DNA of 64,000 nt from a virus, in the IMG/VR virus record IMGVR_UViG_3300035228_001078. One strand, given 5' to 3'. This document shows, piece after piece, positions 18,977 through 27,939 of this stretch. The position numbers were made by a program, and so were the translations under genes. The notes beneath the pieces are model-generated. The model was not told the origin of the DNA and did not search any database. It saw nothing but the letters and a program-made list of their open reading frames with translations. Every line of letters starts with the position of its first letter. Positions within the stretch are counted from its first letter, which is position 1.

Positions 18977-19618
18977 TTATTTAGACCAATCTAGAGCTTT
19001 TCCAACTGTAGGGAATTGCTCGCAGAAAATTACTTTTGCCATTTCAGCAATGTCCATGTGCTCCTTCTGTGTTCCATTTGCGCTTCTAAGGGCGATGTAG
19101 TGCGCCCAGGAGCGACATGAGCCTGTCATGTAGATCTTGGTGGGTACAGCGAGCGGAAGCACCATTCTAGCGCATTCCTTTGCCACACCATGATCAAGCA
19201 TAGTTTGATATAGATCCATACCAGAAGCAAAATGCCTCTCGATAGCAATCTCAAACTCTTGCTTATGAAAAGCATCTAAATCATCAGTAGAATTCTGACG
19301 ATTCTTTTTATCTTGACGACGCAATTCAGGAATAGGAATTGTATTTGCTAGCATAGAACTGTCAGCATACCGTTGTGAGAATTCTTGATATGTGAAAGAT
19401 CTATGACGAAGGATTTGAGCCGCGATTGCCCTAGAGGTTTCAATCTCCAAAGTCATATATGCTTGCTCAAACACTGACCAATGACCATGATTAATGCAGT
19501 ATTTCAACAATCCTTCAAAACTAGGATTATCCTGATTTTTTGGATTTGATACTCTGGCAATATACGCCATTGTTTCTTCTGCGTCAGGAGTTACCTGCAC
19601 CAACTTCACTTTCTCCAT
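18977..19618 (-). CDS. thyX: FAD-dependent thymidylate synthase
   Basis: HWSVFE, QILRHRSFTYQEFSQRY ThyX motif, KECAR.VLP, TQKEH. Confidence 0.96.
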   Translation of the reverse strand: MEKVKLVQVTPDAEETMAYIARVSNPKNQDNPSFEGLLKYCINHGHWSVFEQAYMTLEIETSRAIAAQILRHRSFTYQEFSQRYADSSMLANTIPIPELRRQDKKNRQNSTDDLDAFHKQEFEIAIERHFASGMDLYQTMLDHGVAKECARMVLPLAVPTKIYMTGSCRSWAHYIALRSANGTQKEHMDIAEMAKVIFCEQFPTVGKALDWSK

Positions 19619-19760
19619 TCAATCCTCTCATGTGTTTTAACTTTAATCCTTTCTTGGCGCGTGTCCTCGCCTTCTTCATGTATAGCAGTTCTGCCTCCGT
19701 ATATAACCAAGGATTCTTAAGTGCTTCCTTGGTTAACCGAATTGTATCTTTCATCCGCAT
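19584..19760 (-). CDS. small basic hypothetical protein, 58 aa (not in ORF track)
   Basis: MRMKDTIRLTKEALKNPWLYTEAELLYMKKAR...; fills the gap between 19717-19989 and thyX. Confidence 0.65.
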   Translation of the reverse strand: MRMKDTIRLTKEALKNPWLYTEAELLYMKKARTRAKKGLKLKHMRGLNGESEVGAGNS

Positions 19761-19989
19761 AATAAACCTCGTAGTACTTGATAATTCCGTGTGTGATCAT
19801 ATTTCCTTGGGATACCCAATCATGGGCACACGCATATATGCTCTGGTTTGAATATTTAGGGGAACCATCGGAATTCAACTCACTACCATAACGCTTGAGT
19901 AAGAGTGCCAAAGACTTCTCTCTGACTCCCATTTTATCGGGAGTATATCTCCAATCAGTCAGGATATCCGTCATCGTCTCCTTCTCCAA
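19717..19989 (-). CDS. hypothetical protein
   Basis: ORF in operon, phage-like composition. Confidence 0.65.
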   Translation of the reverse strand: MEKETMTDILTDWRYTPDKMGVREKSLALLLKRYGSELNSDGSPKYSNQSIYACAHDWVSQGNMITHGIIKYYEVYYADERYNSVNQGST

Positions 19990-20155
19990 AATATTCTACT
20001 GGATCATCAAGGTTTTCGCGCTTATCTTGTTGATATGCTTCTTTATCGGAAAATACTTCAGATTCTAATTCCAGAACCAGGGCTTTCATGGTCAAGACTA
20101 GACCCTTTAAAACTTGTCTATCCATCAGAATAATAAGGTTTTGTCTATTATACAC
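19955..20155 (-). CDS. hypothetical protein (start probably MDRQV at 20125)
   Basis: LESEVFSD..AY and acidic C-terminus DDDGYPD. Confidence 0.7.
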   Translation of the reverse strand: MYNRQNLIILMDRQVLKGLVLTMKALVLELESEVFSDKEAYQQDKRENLDDPVEYFGEGDDDGYPD

Positions 20156-20175
20156 AAAAAAGGGGTCCCCGTCAA
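20147..20175 (-). promoter_or_regulatory. sigma70-type promoter overlapping a terminator
   Basis: TTGACG-N17-TATAAT. Confidence 0.75.
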
Positions 20176-20184
20176 GGAACCCCC
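20156..20184 (-). terminator. intrinsic terminator after the DUF4278 gene
   Basis: GGGGTTCC-TTGACGG-GGACCCC hairpin followed by TTTTTT. Confidence 0.75.
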
Positions 20185-20203
20185 GTTATCTATGTAAGTG
20201 TGA

Positions 20204-20371
20204 TCACTTAGTATAAGAACGACCACGATAACAGAATGTACCGTGGGCTTCCTTACTCTCAACACAACGAGTAGAATACTCAACACCACGATATGAGGTG
20301 TGAAGAATTTGTGCGTTGTGAACAGCAGATGCTTTGTTGATCTGCTTACGAATGAGGTTAAGTGTGTTCAT
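20204..20371 (-). CDS. DUF4278-like small protein, 55 aa (not in ORF track)
   Basis: MNTLNLIRKQINKASAVHNAQILHTSYRGVEYSTRCVESKEAHGTFCYRGRSYTK; two YRG motifs; AGGAG RBS. Confidence 0.8.
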   Translation of the reverse strand: MNTLNLIRKQINKASAVHNAQILHTSYRGVEYSTRCVESKEAHGTFCYRGRSYTK

Positions 20372-20404
20372 TGTATTACTCCTAAAGTAGTTGGATTTTT
20401 AGGT

Positions 20405-20584
20405 CCGTTCCTTTAGTCGTTTGCGTCCCAATAGCAATCAGGAGATGACTCCTTCATGACCTCAATCAATTCTACCTTGAAAGCATCTGGGATGTTCTCA
20501 TTTGCTTTCATCCGAAACATAATCGCATCGGCTTGTTGGCAGGTGAGTGATGAATATAAAAGAAATTCAATCATGGGATGAACG
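20405..20584 (-). ncRNA. second glutamine-II aptamer, split by an ORF in its P2 loop
   Basis: 5' half CGTTCATCCCA (20584-20574) and 3' half TGGGACGCAAACGACTAAAGGAACGG (20430-20405) mirror the first aptamer. Confidence 0.65.
20413..20574 (-). CDS. 53-aa hypothetical protein nested in the riboswitch aptamer
   Basis: MIEFLLYSSLTCQQADAIMFRMKANENIPDAFKVELIEVMKESSPDCYWDAND; the ORF-track start at 20649 lies upstream of the predicted TSS. Confidence 0.7.
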   Translation of the reverse strand: MIEFLLYSSLTCQQADAIMFRMKANENIPDAFKVELIEVMKESSPDCYWDAND

Positions 20585-20587
20585 ACT

Positions 20588-20626
20588 CCGTTCCGCGACT
20601 TACTTGCGTCCCCGAAGGGATGAACG
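20588..20626 (-). ncRNA. glutamine-II (Downstream-peptide) riboswitch aptamer
   Basis: CGTTCA-TCCC-TTCG-GGGA-CGCAAGTAAGTCGC-GGAACGG; P1 CGTTC/GAACG; upstream of a DUF4278 gene. Confidence 0.8.
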
Positions 20627-20635
20627 ACAGGTCTT

Positions 20636-20664
20636 ATTATAGACCTCATACTCTATTTAGTCAA
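20636..20664 (-). promoter_or_regulatory. sigma70 promoter with an embedded late-promoter-like CTAAATA, driving the riboswitch leader
   Basis: TTGACT-N17-TATAAT; CTAAATA overlaps the -35 box. Confidence 0.8.
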
Positions 20665-20757
20665 GTGTCTTCGTATCAACACGAACTATTTTTTTAAAAA
20701 ACCCCAGAGATTAAAAAATACTGGGGAATTTTTTCCCGAATATATGGGAATAAAAAG

Positions 20758-20994
20758 TCATTTTTGTTTTGGTTCTTTCCAGAGCTTAGGATTCCATTTA
20801 CCATCACTCTGCTTTATTGAGATAACACTGTGGTACTTGTCGTAATAATGATCAAAAACCTCAACCAGTTTAGAAGAGATTGTTAAGTCATATTGGATAA
20901 CACCTTCATTGTCATACTCAACTAGGTATGCAGTGTAGGGTAATGTGGTGTCTTTAGCATCTTCTGGTTTACAATCTGCTTTTAGAATCTTCAA
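20758..20994 (-). CDS. conserved cyanophage hypothetical protein
   Basis: LPYTAYLVEY...FD.YYDKY...NPKLW. Confidence 0.7.
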   Translation of the reverse strand: MKILKADCKPEDAKDTTLPYTAYLVEYDNEGVIQYDLTISSKLVEVFDHYYDKYHSVISIKQSDGKWNPKLWKEPKQK

Positions 20995-21444
20995 TCAACC
21001 ACGCCCTCCCCATTCAACATCAGGATAGGCTTCTTTAATCACATTATGTGTGACTCTATATTTTTTGTTCATGGTCTTATCTTTGACGAGACAAATAAGT
21101 TCTGCCTCATCAGGATGCAACGACTCAAGAAGCTCAATGAAAAGAGATTCTCTCTTCACTTGCCTCAATGAATCATTACCACCCCTAACATAGTTGTACA
21201 GTGTCCTGTACTGACTAGCAAGTTTACTTTGTGCTTCAGGGGTAGGAGCATCATTAGGAGTGTAAGGAACAATTCCCTCAGGAATTGCACTCTTTACAGT
21301 GTCATCATAGTTCCAAACAAACAAGGAGACCAGAGCAGGAGAACGATACTCTTGTAGAATTTCGATCTTTTGCTTCTTAGTCTTTGCACTAGATACTGCT
21401 TGCAGAATCTCACTTTGCAATGGTTTGGGTGGTAATTTAGCCAT
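20995..21444 (-). CDS. conserved T4-like hypothetical protein
   Basis: RE.LFI.LLE.LHP.EAEL motif. Confidence 0.75.
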   Translation of the reverse strand: MAKLPPKPLQSEILQAVSSAKTKKQKIEILQEYRSPALVSLFVWNYDDTVKSAIPEGIVPYTPNDAPTPEAQSKLASQYRTLYNYVRGGNDSLRQVKRESLFIELLESLHPDEAELICLVKDKTMNKKYRVTHNVIKEAYPDVEWGGRG

Positions 21445-21446
21445 AA

Positions 21447-21674
21447 TTAGTCTTCGTAATCTTCGTCAGAATTGTTCTCAAAGCGGAAAGCGATTAATGA
21501 ATCGGGAAGAACATTTCCATGTTCATCATACATCTCAGGATGAAGTTCAGCAGTATTATTATTTCTATCGTGATGGTACATCATGTACTCTCTGAGCACC
21601 CATCCTAGCATGATCCCTAACAAAAGGGCACCTAGTACTAAGAAACTGCCAACAACAAGACTGATAGCTAACAT
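21447..21674 (-). CDS. small membrane protein
   Basis: N-terminal TM helix; HPEMYDEHGN. Confidence 0.7.
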   Translation of the reverse strand: MLAISLVVGSFLVLGALLLGIMLGWVLREYMMYHHDRNNNTAELHPEMYDEHGNVLPDSLIAFRFENNSDEDYED

Positions 21675-21904
21675 TTTTCATCCTCCTCGGGACTGTCCTT
21701 TTTAATATCCAGAGAGAACTCTAGATACAGGTGCATCTCCCGCTTGAGGAAGCGCACCATTTTTCCGAACTTAACTTGGAAAGTTTTTGGTGGTGTAGGC
21801 TTCCGCTTACCTCCATTAAGTAGTATTTCAACACCTCTATTTAGAGCTGAGTCAGACAAGATTTTGCTCCCTAAAATAGGCAACAGTTTCCTGGCATCCA
21901 CCAA
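21668..21904 (-). CDS. hypothetical protein
   Basis: ORF in operon; true start uncertain. Confidence 0.5.
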   Translation of the reverse strand: MVDARKLLPILGSKILSDSALNRGVEILLNGGKRKPTPPKTFQVKFGKMVRFLKREMHLYLEFSLDIKKDSPEEDEKC

Positions 21905-22082
21905 TGTGTTCTTTATTATACACCACTTGAGGGAAAAGTCTTGTATTAAAATTTAATTCAAATTCTTCTATGGCGAAGTCCTCATCAAGAGTATACACCA
22001 CATGCTTCTGCTCTGTCAACTCCATGAGTTGCTTTACCTGGCGGCAGTGATTGCAACCAGGCATCGAATAAATGATGAACAT
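21852..22082 (-). CDS. nrdC: glutaredoxin (NrdC-like)
   Basis: YS.PGCNHC, FPQV, HIGG. Confidence 0.85.
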   Translation of the reverse strand: MFIIYSMPGCNHCRQVKQLMELTEQKHVVYTLDEDFAIEEFELNFNTRLFPQVVYNKEHIGGCQETVAYFREQNLV

Positions 22083-22097
22083 GATATCAAATTAATA

Positions 22098-25000
22098 TCA
22101 AATATATGTAGCCCCTCCATCTTGACCACCGAGAGTCATGATACTCAGTTCTCCAAGATCTTCAAGGGCAGGAATACCATTATACACCCTAACCGTATAT
22201 CCGTTAACCGTTCTGTCAGAAATCCTAAGATTAACAATACCGCCTGGGAAGGCATTTGTACCACTCGCGATACCAATGACAGCGTAGTCTGTATCTGCCA
22301 TGGCATCTGAGAAGTTCACATTGTATGTTCCAGTAGCAGTTTGTTCAATGGAGCTGACATTATGTGAGCGATCACCAGGAGTGTAGTCACTGTTGCCAAC
22401 ACCAAGATTGCTATTCATGTACCAGGAGGTAGCACGACCCTCATAGAACTGAGTGTAAGTAGCAGTCTTAAGACCTACAAGGTTCTTAAACTCACCAACT
22501 CTGCTGATTTTATGGAAGTCATTGTTGAAAACTTGGATAGAGTTACCCATGCTTCCAAATTGTGTTCCAACACCAGCACCATAGTACAGAAGCTGAGGTG
22601 TGTTCTCATTAATAACAATCTCAGTATATGTTCCAGTCTCAGTTACATTGTCCTCATATACGACAGGTGTGGTTGTACCGAAACCAACTGGATCACCAGA
22701 AGCAGCGTAGTAGAACCTAATTGGGTAGGCTGCTTGCTGTGACGCATTAGTAAAGCGATAGGTTTGACCTACTTCAAATCTCAGGTAAGGAGATTCATAA
22801 CCCTGAACATTGATAGAACGATCAGATCCGATGCCATAATATCTGTGATCTGTTGTCTTTGTACCAATAGTAGTAGGTAGAGGCTTGAACGATCCCTCAT
22901 GCTCCGTGTAAAGGTTCTTAGCGGTGTCTGCAGCACCCGTGAGGGTGGAGAAACTAGCAGCAGATGCAAAGTTAGCATTGAGCGCCTGTGAGGCGATTCC
23001 GGCGAGCGTAGCATAGGTAGCAATGCCAGCGACAATAGCCTCAGATGCGATACCGGCAAGTGTAGCACGAGGTGCCTCGTTAATCGTTACGGTAACAATA
23101 CCAGCAGATACTGGACTGACATCAAGACCAGCATTAAAGTTAACTGTTCCTGCTGTACCAACTGCAGAACCAGAGTCTTGAATGATGACACCAGAACCAG
23201 AAGCAACAATGTTAGTCAGCTGAGAACCATCACCAATAAATCTCGGTGCAGTGATGTCATTATTGGATGTGATTGTGGCAGCAGCATCCAATTGAGAAGC
23301 AAATGCTGCAGTTGTTGCACTGAGTGCAGTTTGTGCAGAGATTGCTGTGTCTGCACTAACGGCAGTCTCAGCACTGGTTGCATTATTAGCAGTAATTGCT
23401 GCGGCAACCACAACTCCAGTGGCAAGACTGTTAGCAGTCTGAGCAATACTTACCGTATCTGCTGCAGTAATGGTAACAACACCAGCAGAGATAGGAGATA
23501 CTGTGAGGTTTTGAGCGAAGTTGACTGTAGCAGCAACGCCAATCGAAGATCCACTATCACTAACCTCAATACCACTACCAACAGCAGTGACACCTGTGAT
23601 ACCAGAACCATCACCGAAGAAAGCAGTTGCAGTAATGTTACCGCTGGTGTTGACATTAATGTTTGTACCGATACCAGAAGGACCAGGATCCTGAGGTACA
23701 GAGTGAGCAACAAATGTTAGGTTGGGTTTAGAACCACGAACAATCAGACTCTGACCTTTAGCAAGAGCAAGGTTATCAATCTGAACATCTTGTAGAGGAG
23801 CCAGTCTTAAACCAAATACTAAGTAGTCAGACTCTTGGAACTCAGCAATACCACCAGAGGACAGACCAACTGACATACCAACAGTAGAGTCAGAGTTCTG
23901 GTTAGTGGCATGAACCGTGACCAGACTATCTTCTTGTGCTGTAAAGAACTCAAGGTTTGTATTGATCTGGAAAGGAGGATTGAAACTCAGAGTACCAGAT
24001 CTTCTTCTACCATGAACCAAAGCAGAGTCAGGACCAAGTTTGTCAAACTTTCTAGTAGCAAAGGCAATGAAAGAAATGTTAGGGTCGAAGGAAGATACAA
24101 AGATCTTATCACCAGGCTTGACACCAACCTTCTCAATCAGTCTCGTGCCACCTCTATCAAGAGGAATACCATAAGTAATAAAATCACTCTGTTTGAATCC
24201 AGGCGTACTAGAGATACCAATAGAGAATGTAGAACGGAAATCGTTCTGGTTTGCAACACCGATACTAACTTCCAGTAGGTTATCAGACTCATAGAGCTGA
24301 ACTGGTTCAACAACACCCCTAGTTAGAGTAGTCTTGATGGATGCCAGTCTACCTACCTCAGCAAGAGCAGCAGCAGGTGTAGTGAAGCTGACTGTAGCAG
24401 AGAAGGGTGAAGTATGTTCAACACCAGATGTACCGTCAGCGTTGGAGAGGTGACGACATCTTACATAGAATGTTGTACCAGCAGCAAGACCATCTGAGAT
24501 GACCTGAGATAGGGAAGTATTATTATCACCTATGCTACTGAATACAATACTGATAGGTGTAAACGAAAGGTCACTAGCAACCTCATACTCAACTGCTTTG
24601 AGTGTACCAGATACAGCTTCACTATCAATAGAGATAAATGCACTCGATATAAGAGTGATACCAAATCTCTGCTGCAGAGTAGCTCCACTAGTAGGTGAAG
24701 TAATTGTTGGTGCCTGAACACCAGGTGCATTACCTAGCGTGGCGAATGAAACGATACCAGCAGAGAAGTTACCAACATATGCAGTGAATGCGGTGCCGTC
24801 ATCGTTGGATAGATGTCTGACACGGGCATAGTGTGTAGTGAAACCTGCTAACTGAACATTAACTGATTGAGTTAGATCTAATGACTGTAAACCTACAGAA
24901 TCCCAAACAACACTAGAGAAATCAGAGTCAGTAGCAAGTTGAAACTCAATTGCTTTTAGACTACCAGAGACTGTAGTGTCACCAATAGCAGAGTATTCTG

Positions 25001-27053
25001 ATGATCTTAACTGAAGACTCTCAGTGCTAACACCGACATCATCATTAATTGGAGACTGAATAGTTGGCTCATTAATACCAGCATTCGCTGTATCAATACC
25101 AGCACTTACATCCAAGTAAGTAATGGCAACTTTGCCTGCTGAATCTAGAGTTCTCTGGTTGAAAGATCCAGTCCACCAGTTAAAGTCAGAAGCACCATAA
25201 TCAGATGTCTGATGCTGGTCAAATAAGATATCAGTTCCTACAATGGTACTACCACCACCAACAGTGACTCCACCACCACCAGCAATGGTTCCAACACCTA
25301 CACCATAACCATGGTCATTCAACAACCACTTTCTTACATCTGTAGATGTTCCAGAAGGATTTCTCTGTAGATAGAGAGCAACAAGACCAGCAACTACAGG
25401 AGCAGCAGCTGATGTTCCGTTAAAATTGTTGTCATAATGATTGGGATTATCAAATCTTCTATAGTCTGCGTAAGTTCCAGAAGGAAGACCAGCAGCAAGA
25501 GTATCTTGTGCAGGTGCATAGATGTCAACACCAGGACCACTGTTAGAATACGATGCCTTTCTTTCTCTCAGGTCGGATTCAATAACATCATCCAGAGCAC
25601 CGACATTAATAACAGGATGATACCCTGTAGCCTCATTCCTACCAATACCTTGAGGGTTCATCCAGTCTCTGTGAGATGTTGGAGTTCTTTGTCCACCAAA
25701 CTCTGTTCTGGAATCATTAGAATTAAAATATCCATCCTGAACACCATTCAATCTATGAGGATCTGTAAATCCAATACCAATATACTGGTTGTTATTACCA
25801 GAGGCGGCGACATAGATAGCACCTGAGCTCAACAATTCATCACCAGCTTGATTGGTAGAATTGGATCTAGATGAAGATGACCAAGATTTATAAGCACCTG
25901 CGACCTGGTTACTAAAACCAAGAACCATATCTTCAACACCAGATGGAGATCCAGCAGAAAGTGTATTAGTTTGGAATGTACTGGTGATGCCAGTAAATTT
26001 ATAACTTATGTTAGATCCATCGTTATTGAGAGCAGCCTGATAACCCCAAGAACCATTAACAACAGTTGGGTTTCTTAGACCAAGCTCAACATTAACTGGT
26101 TTATATTGATGGAAGAATGAAATCAGATCATATGCTGTTTCAATATCCATTCCGACATTATCGGAGATGGCAGGCATGTTCCAGATATTTGCCCTGAATG
26201 CCAGACCAAAGTTCTTACCAGCAGCAAGAGATGCTGCAGAAGTACCGTGACCACTACCTAAGTTATTAGCACCTGCTGTGCCAATACCCATGGCACCATT
26301 TCTATTGTATCCAGAAGGGATAGCAATTTCAGGGAGAAGAACGAACTCAGATGAACGGGCGTTGTTATCTTCCCACCATGCTTCTGCTCTAGCTGTTTGG
26401 ATACCAGTAGTACCGTCTGCAAGAGTGTAAATAAATCCGTTACTATTAAAGTATCCAGGATCTAGAAAGTAAGGGAAGTCAAGAACAATATCTTTTACTC
26501 TACTCGTTCCATCATCATGTAAGAATTCTGGGTGGGATTGCAGAACACCAGAGTCATGGATAACAATGTCAACATTTCTACCATCATAAAGGTACTCAAC
26601 ATTACCTTGGACTGGAGCAATACTACCAGATGCATTGTCCCATTGAGCAAACTCACCAGCACTGGTGATACCAGAAATTCTGGGTAGTGCCCAGTTAGTA
26701 CGATTCTCTTCACCAGCTGTTGCAATACCAGGAGGACCATTACTAGTCAGATCTCTATAGATTTTGACATCACTTGGAAATCTATTTGCAACTAATTGTG
26801 GTTCTGGATAGTTATCTTTGTTATCTTTTAAAGAAAGTTCAATCCATTTGACATGAGGATGACGACCGATCTCTGTCGCCTCTTCATCGGTAAGTTCGTA
26901 TGTACCACGAACCGCACTGATGGAGTGCGTATCAGTACAAGTTACTTTTCTATCAGGAATTCCATCCTGATTAGAGTCAATGGTGAGAACACCGTGGATC
27001 CCACTCCAATGTTCGGCACTGGTTACAGCCAGGGTATATCTCTTAAGAGTCAT
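22098..27053 (-). CDS. large virion protein: N-terminal S8 subtilisin-like protease, tandem Ig/FN3-like repeats, fibre-like C-terminus
   Basis: triad motifs VIHDSG / GHGT / NGTSAAAPVVAG; duplicated modules; CTAAATA late promoter at 27086-27092. Confidence 0.8.
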   Translation of the reverse strand: MTLKRYTLAVTSAEHWSGIHGVLTIDSNQDGIPDRKVTCTDTHSISAVRGTYELTDEEATEIGRHPHVKWIELSLKDNKDNYPEPQLVANRFPSDVKIYRDLTSNGPPGIATAGEENRTNWALPRISGITSAGEFAQWDNASGSIAPVQGNVEYLYDGRNVDIVIHDSGVLQSHPEFLHDDGTSRVKDIVLDFPYFLDPGYFNSNGFIYTLADGTTGIQTARAEAWWEDNNARSSEFVLLPEIAIPSGYNRNGAMGIGTAGANNLGSGHGTSAASLAAGKNFGLAFRANIWNMPAISDNVGMDIETAYDLISFFHQYKPVNVELGLRNPTVVNGSWGYQAALNNDGSNISYKFTGITSTFQTNTLSAGSPSGVEDMVLGFSNQVAGAYKSWSSSSRSNSTNQAGDELLSSGAIYVAASGNNNQYIGIGFTDPHRLNGVQDGYFNSNDSRTEFGGQRTPTSHRDWMNPQGIGRNEATGYHPVINVGALDDVIESDLRERKASYSNSGPGVDIYAPAQDTLAAGLPSGTYADYRRFDNPNHYDNNFNGTSAAAPVVAGLVALYLQRNPSGTSTDVRKWLLNDHGYGVGVGTIAGGGGVTVGGGSTIVGTDILFDQHQTSDYGASDFNWWTGSFNQRTLDSAGKVAITYLDVSAGIDTANAGINEPTIQSPINDDVGVSTESLQLRSSEYSAIGDTTVSGSLKAIEFQLATDSDFSSVVWDSVGLQSLDLTQSVNVQLAGFTTHYARVRHLSNDDGTAFTAYVGNFSAGIVSFATLGNAPGVQAPTITSPTSGATLQQRFGITLISSAFISIDSEAVSGTLKAVEYEVASDLSFTPISIVFSSIGDNNTSLSQVISDGLAAGTTFYVRCRHLSNADGTSGVEHTSPFSATVSFTTPAAALAEVGRLASIKTTLTRGVVEPVQLYESDNLLEVSIGVANQNDFRSTFSIGISSTPGFKQSDFITYGIPLDRGGTRLIEKVGVKPGDKIFVSSFDPNISFIAFATRKFDKLGPDSALVHGRRRSGTLSFNPPFQINTNLEFFTAQEDSLVTVHATNQNSDSTVGMSVGLSSGGIAEFQESDYLVFGLRLAPLQDVQIDNLALAKGQSLIVRGSKPNLTFVAHSVPQDPGPSGIGTNINVNTSGNITATAFFGDGSGITGVTAVGSGIEVSDSGSSIGVAATVNFAQNLTVSPISAGVVTITAADTVSIAQTANSLATGVVVAAAITANNATSAETAVSADTAISAQTALSATTAAFASQLDAAATITSNNDITAPRFIGDGSQLTNIVASGSGVIIQDSGSAVGTAGTVNFNAGLDVSPVSAGIVTVTINEAPRATLAGIASEAIVAGIATYATLAGIASQALNANFASAASFSTLTGAADTAKNLYTEHEGSFKPLPTTIGTKTTDHRYYGIGSDRSINVQGYESPYLRFEVGQTYRFTNASQQAAYPIRFYYAASGDPVGFGTTTPVVYEDNVTETGTYTEIVINENTPQLLYYGAGVGTQFGSMGNSIQVFNNDFHKISRVGEFKNLVGLKTATYTQFYEGRATSWYMNSNLGVGNSDYTPGDRSHNVSSIEQTATGTYNVNFSDAMADTDYAVIGIASGTNAFPGGIVNLRISDRTVNGYTVRVYNGIPALEDLGELSIMTLGGQDGGATYI

Positions 27054-27126
27054 GCCTCAAAATCTACAGGTGAACACCTTTTTTATATTTAGGTGTGGTA
27101 GAATATATATTTAAAAGATCCTTGAT

Positions 27127-27939
27127 ATGAATATCGTAACTGGTGCTAAAGGTTTTATTGGCAATCACTTTGCCTGCACCGTAGACAAACCTCTTGAGGT
27201 TGATATTGACAACTGCTTTGAGCTACTCAATAAGTTCAATCATTGGAAAGATGTTGACATGATCATCCATATGGGTGCATTGTCTTCAACTGTCAATAAA
27301 GATGTCGATGCTATCTACAAATATAATATTGATTATAGCATAAAACTATTTGAAAAAGCCATTGAGTATGGTATTCCTGTAAAGTATGCTTCATCTGCAT
27401 CAACATACGGTCGCACTGATGACATCATTAATCCTTTGAACTACTATGCAATGTCAAAGGCGACTGTAGATTACTGGGTGCAAGATAATATGCATCGGTT
27501 CTCTCACATTCAGGGGTTCAAGTTCTTTAATGTGTATGGATTTGGTGAGGTTAACAAAGGAGAGCAAGCTAGTCTTGTGAGTAAGTTCCAGTGGCAATCA
27601 GCGACTGGTGCAATCCATCCATTCCAAGGATCTGATAAGGTTCTTAGAGATTATATCTGGGTTGGAGATATTGTTAATGTTGTCCTGACTAACAATGCAG
27701 GTAGTGGTATCTTTGATCTAGGTACAGGTAAAGCTATTCCTATTCAACATGTAGCAGATCTCGTCGCACAAAAAAACGAGGCAAGGGTGGAAGAGATTCC
27801 TTTCCCACCAAACCTCGTTGAGAAGTATCAGTTTCATACCCAAGCAGATATGAGTTGGTTGTCAAATTATAACTTTAGAACTGTTGATGATTATATCAAT
27901 CATCCAGACCCATCAATCGCCTCTCTTGATCCGTATTGA
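27127..27939 (+). CDS. gmhD: ADP-L-glycero-D-manno-heptose 6-epimerase-like NAD-dependent epimerase
   Basis: VTGAKGFIG, HMGALSST, YASSASTYG, PLNYYAMSK, FNVYG, RDYIWV; next to HldE domains. Confidence 0.8.
   Translation: MNIVTGAKGFIGNHFACTVDKPLEVDIDNCFELLNKFNHWKDVDMIIHMGALSSTVNKDVDAIYKYNIDYSIKLFEKAIEYGIPVKYASSASTYGRTDDIINPLNYYAMSKATVDYWVQDNMHRFSHIQGFKFFNVYGFGEVNKGEQASLVSKFQWQSATGAIHPFQGSDKVLRDYIWVGDIVNVVLTNNAGSGIFDLGTGKAIPIQHVADLVAQKNEARVEEIPFPPNLVEKYQFHTQADMSWLSNYNFRTVDDYINHPDPSIASLDPY

Noticed and set aside
20575-20649. ORF-track N-terminal extension of the 20413 ORF
   Set aside because: It starts inside the promoter spacer and merely reads through the riboswitch; the ATG at 20574 is preferred
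22002-27092. Alternative-frame and antisense ORFs inside the 1651-aa gene (e.g. 23178-23720)
   Set aside because: Expected from biased codon usage of Ala/Thr/Ser-rich sequence; the products look non-protein-like
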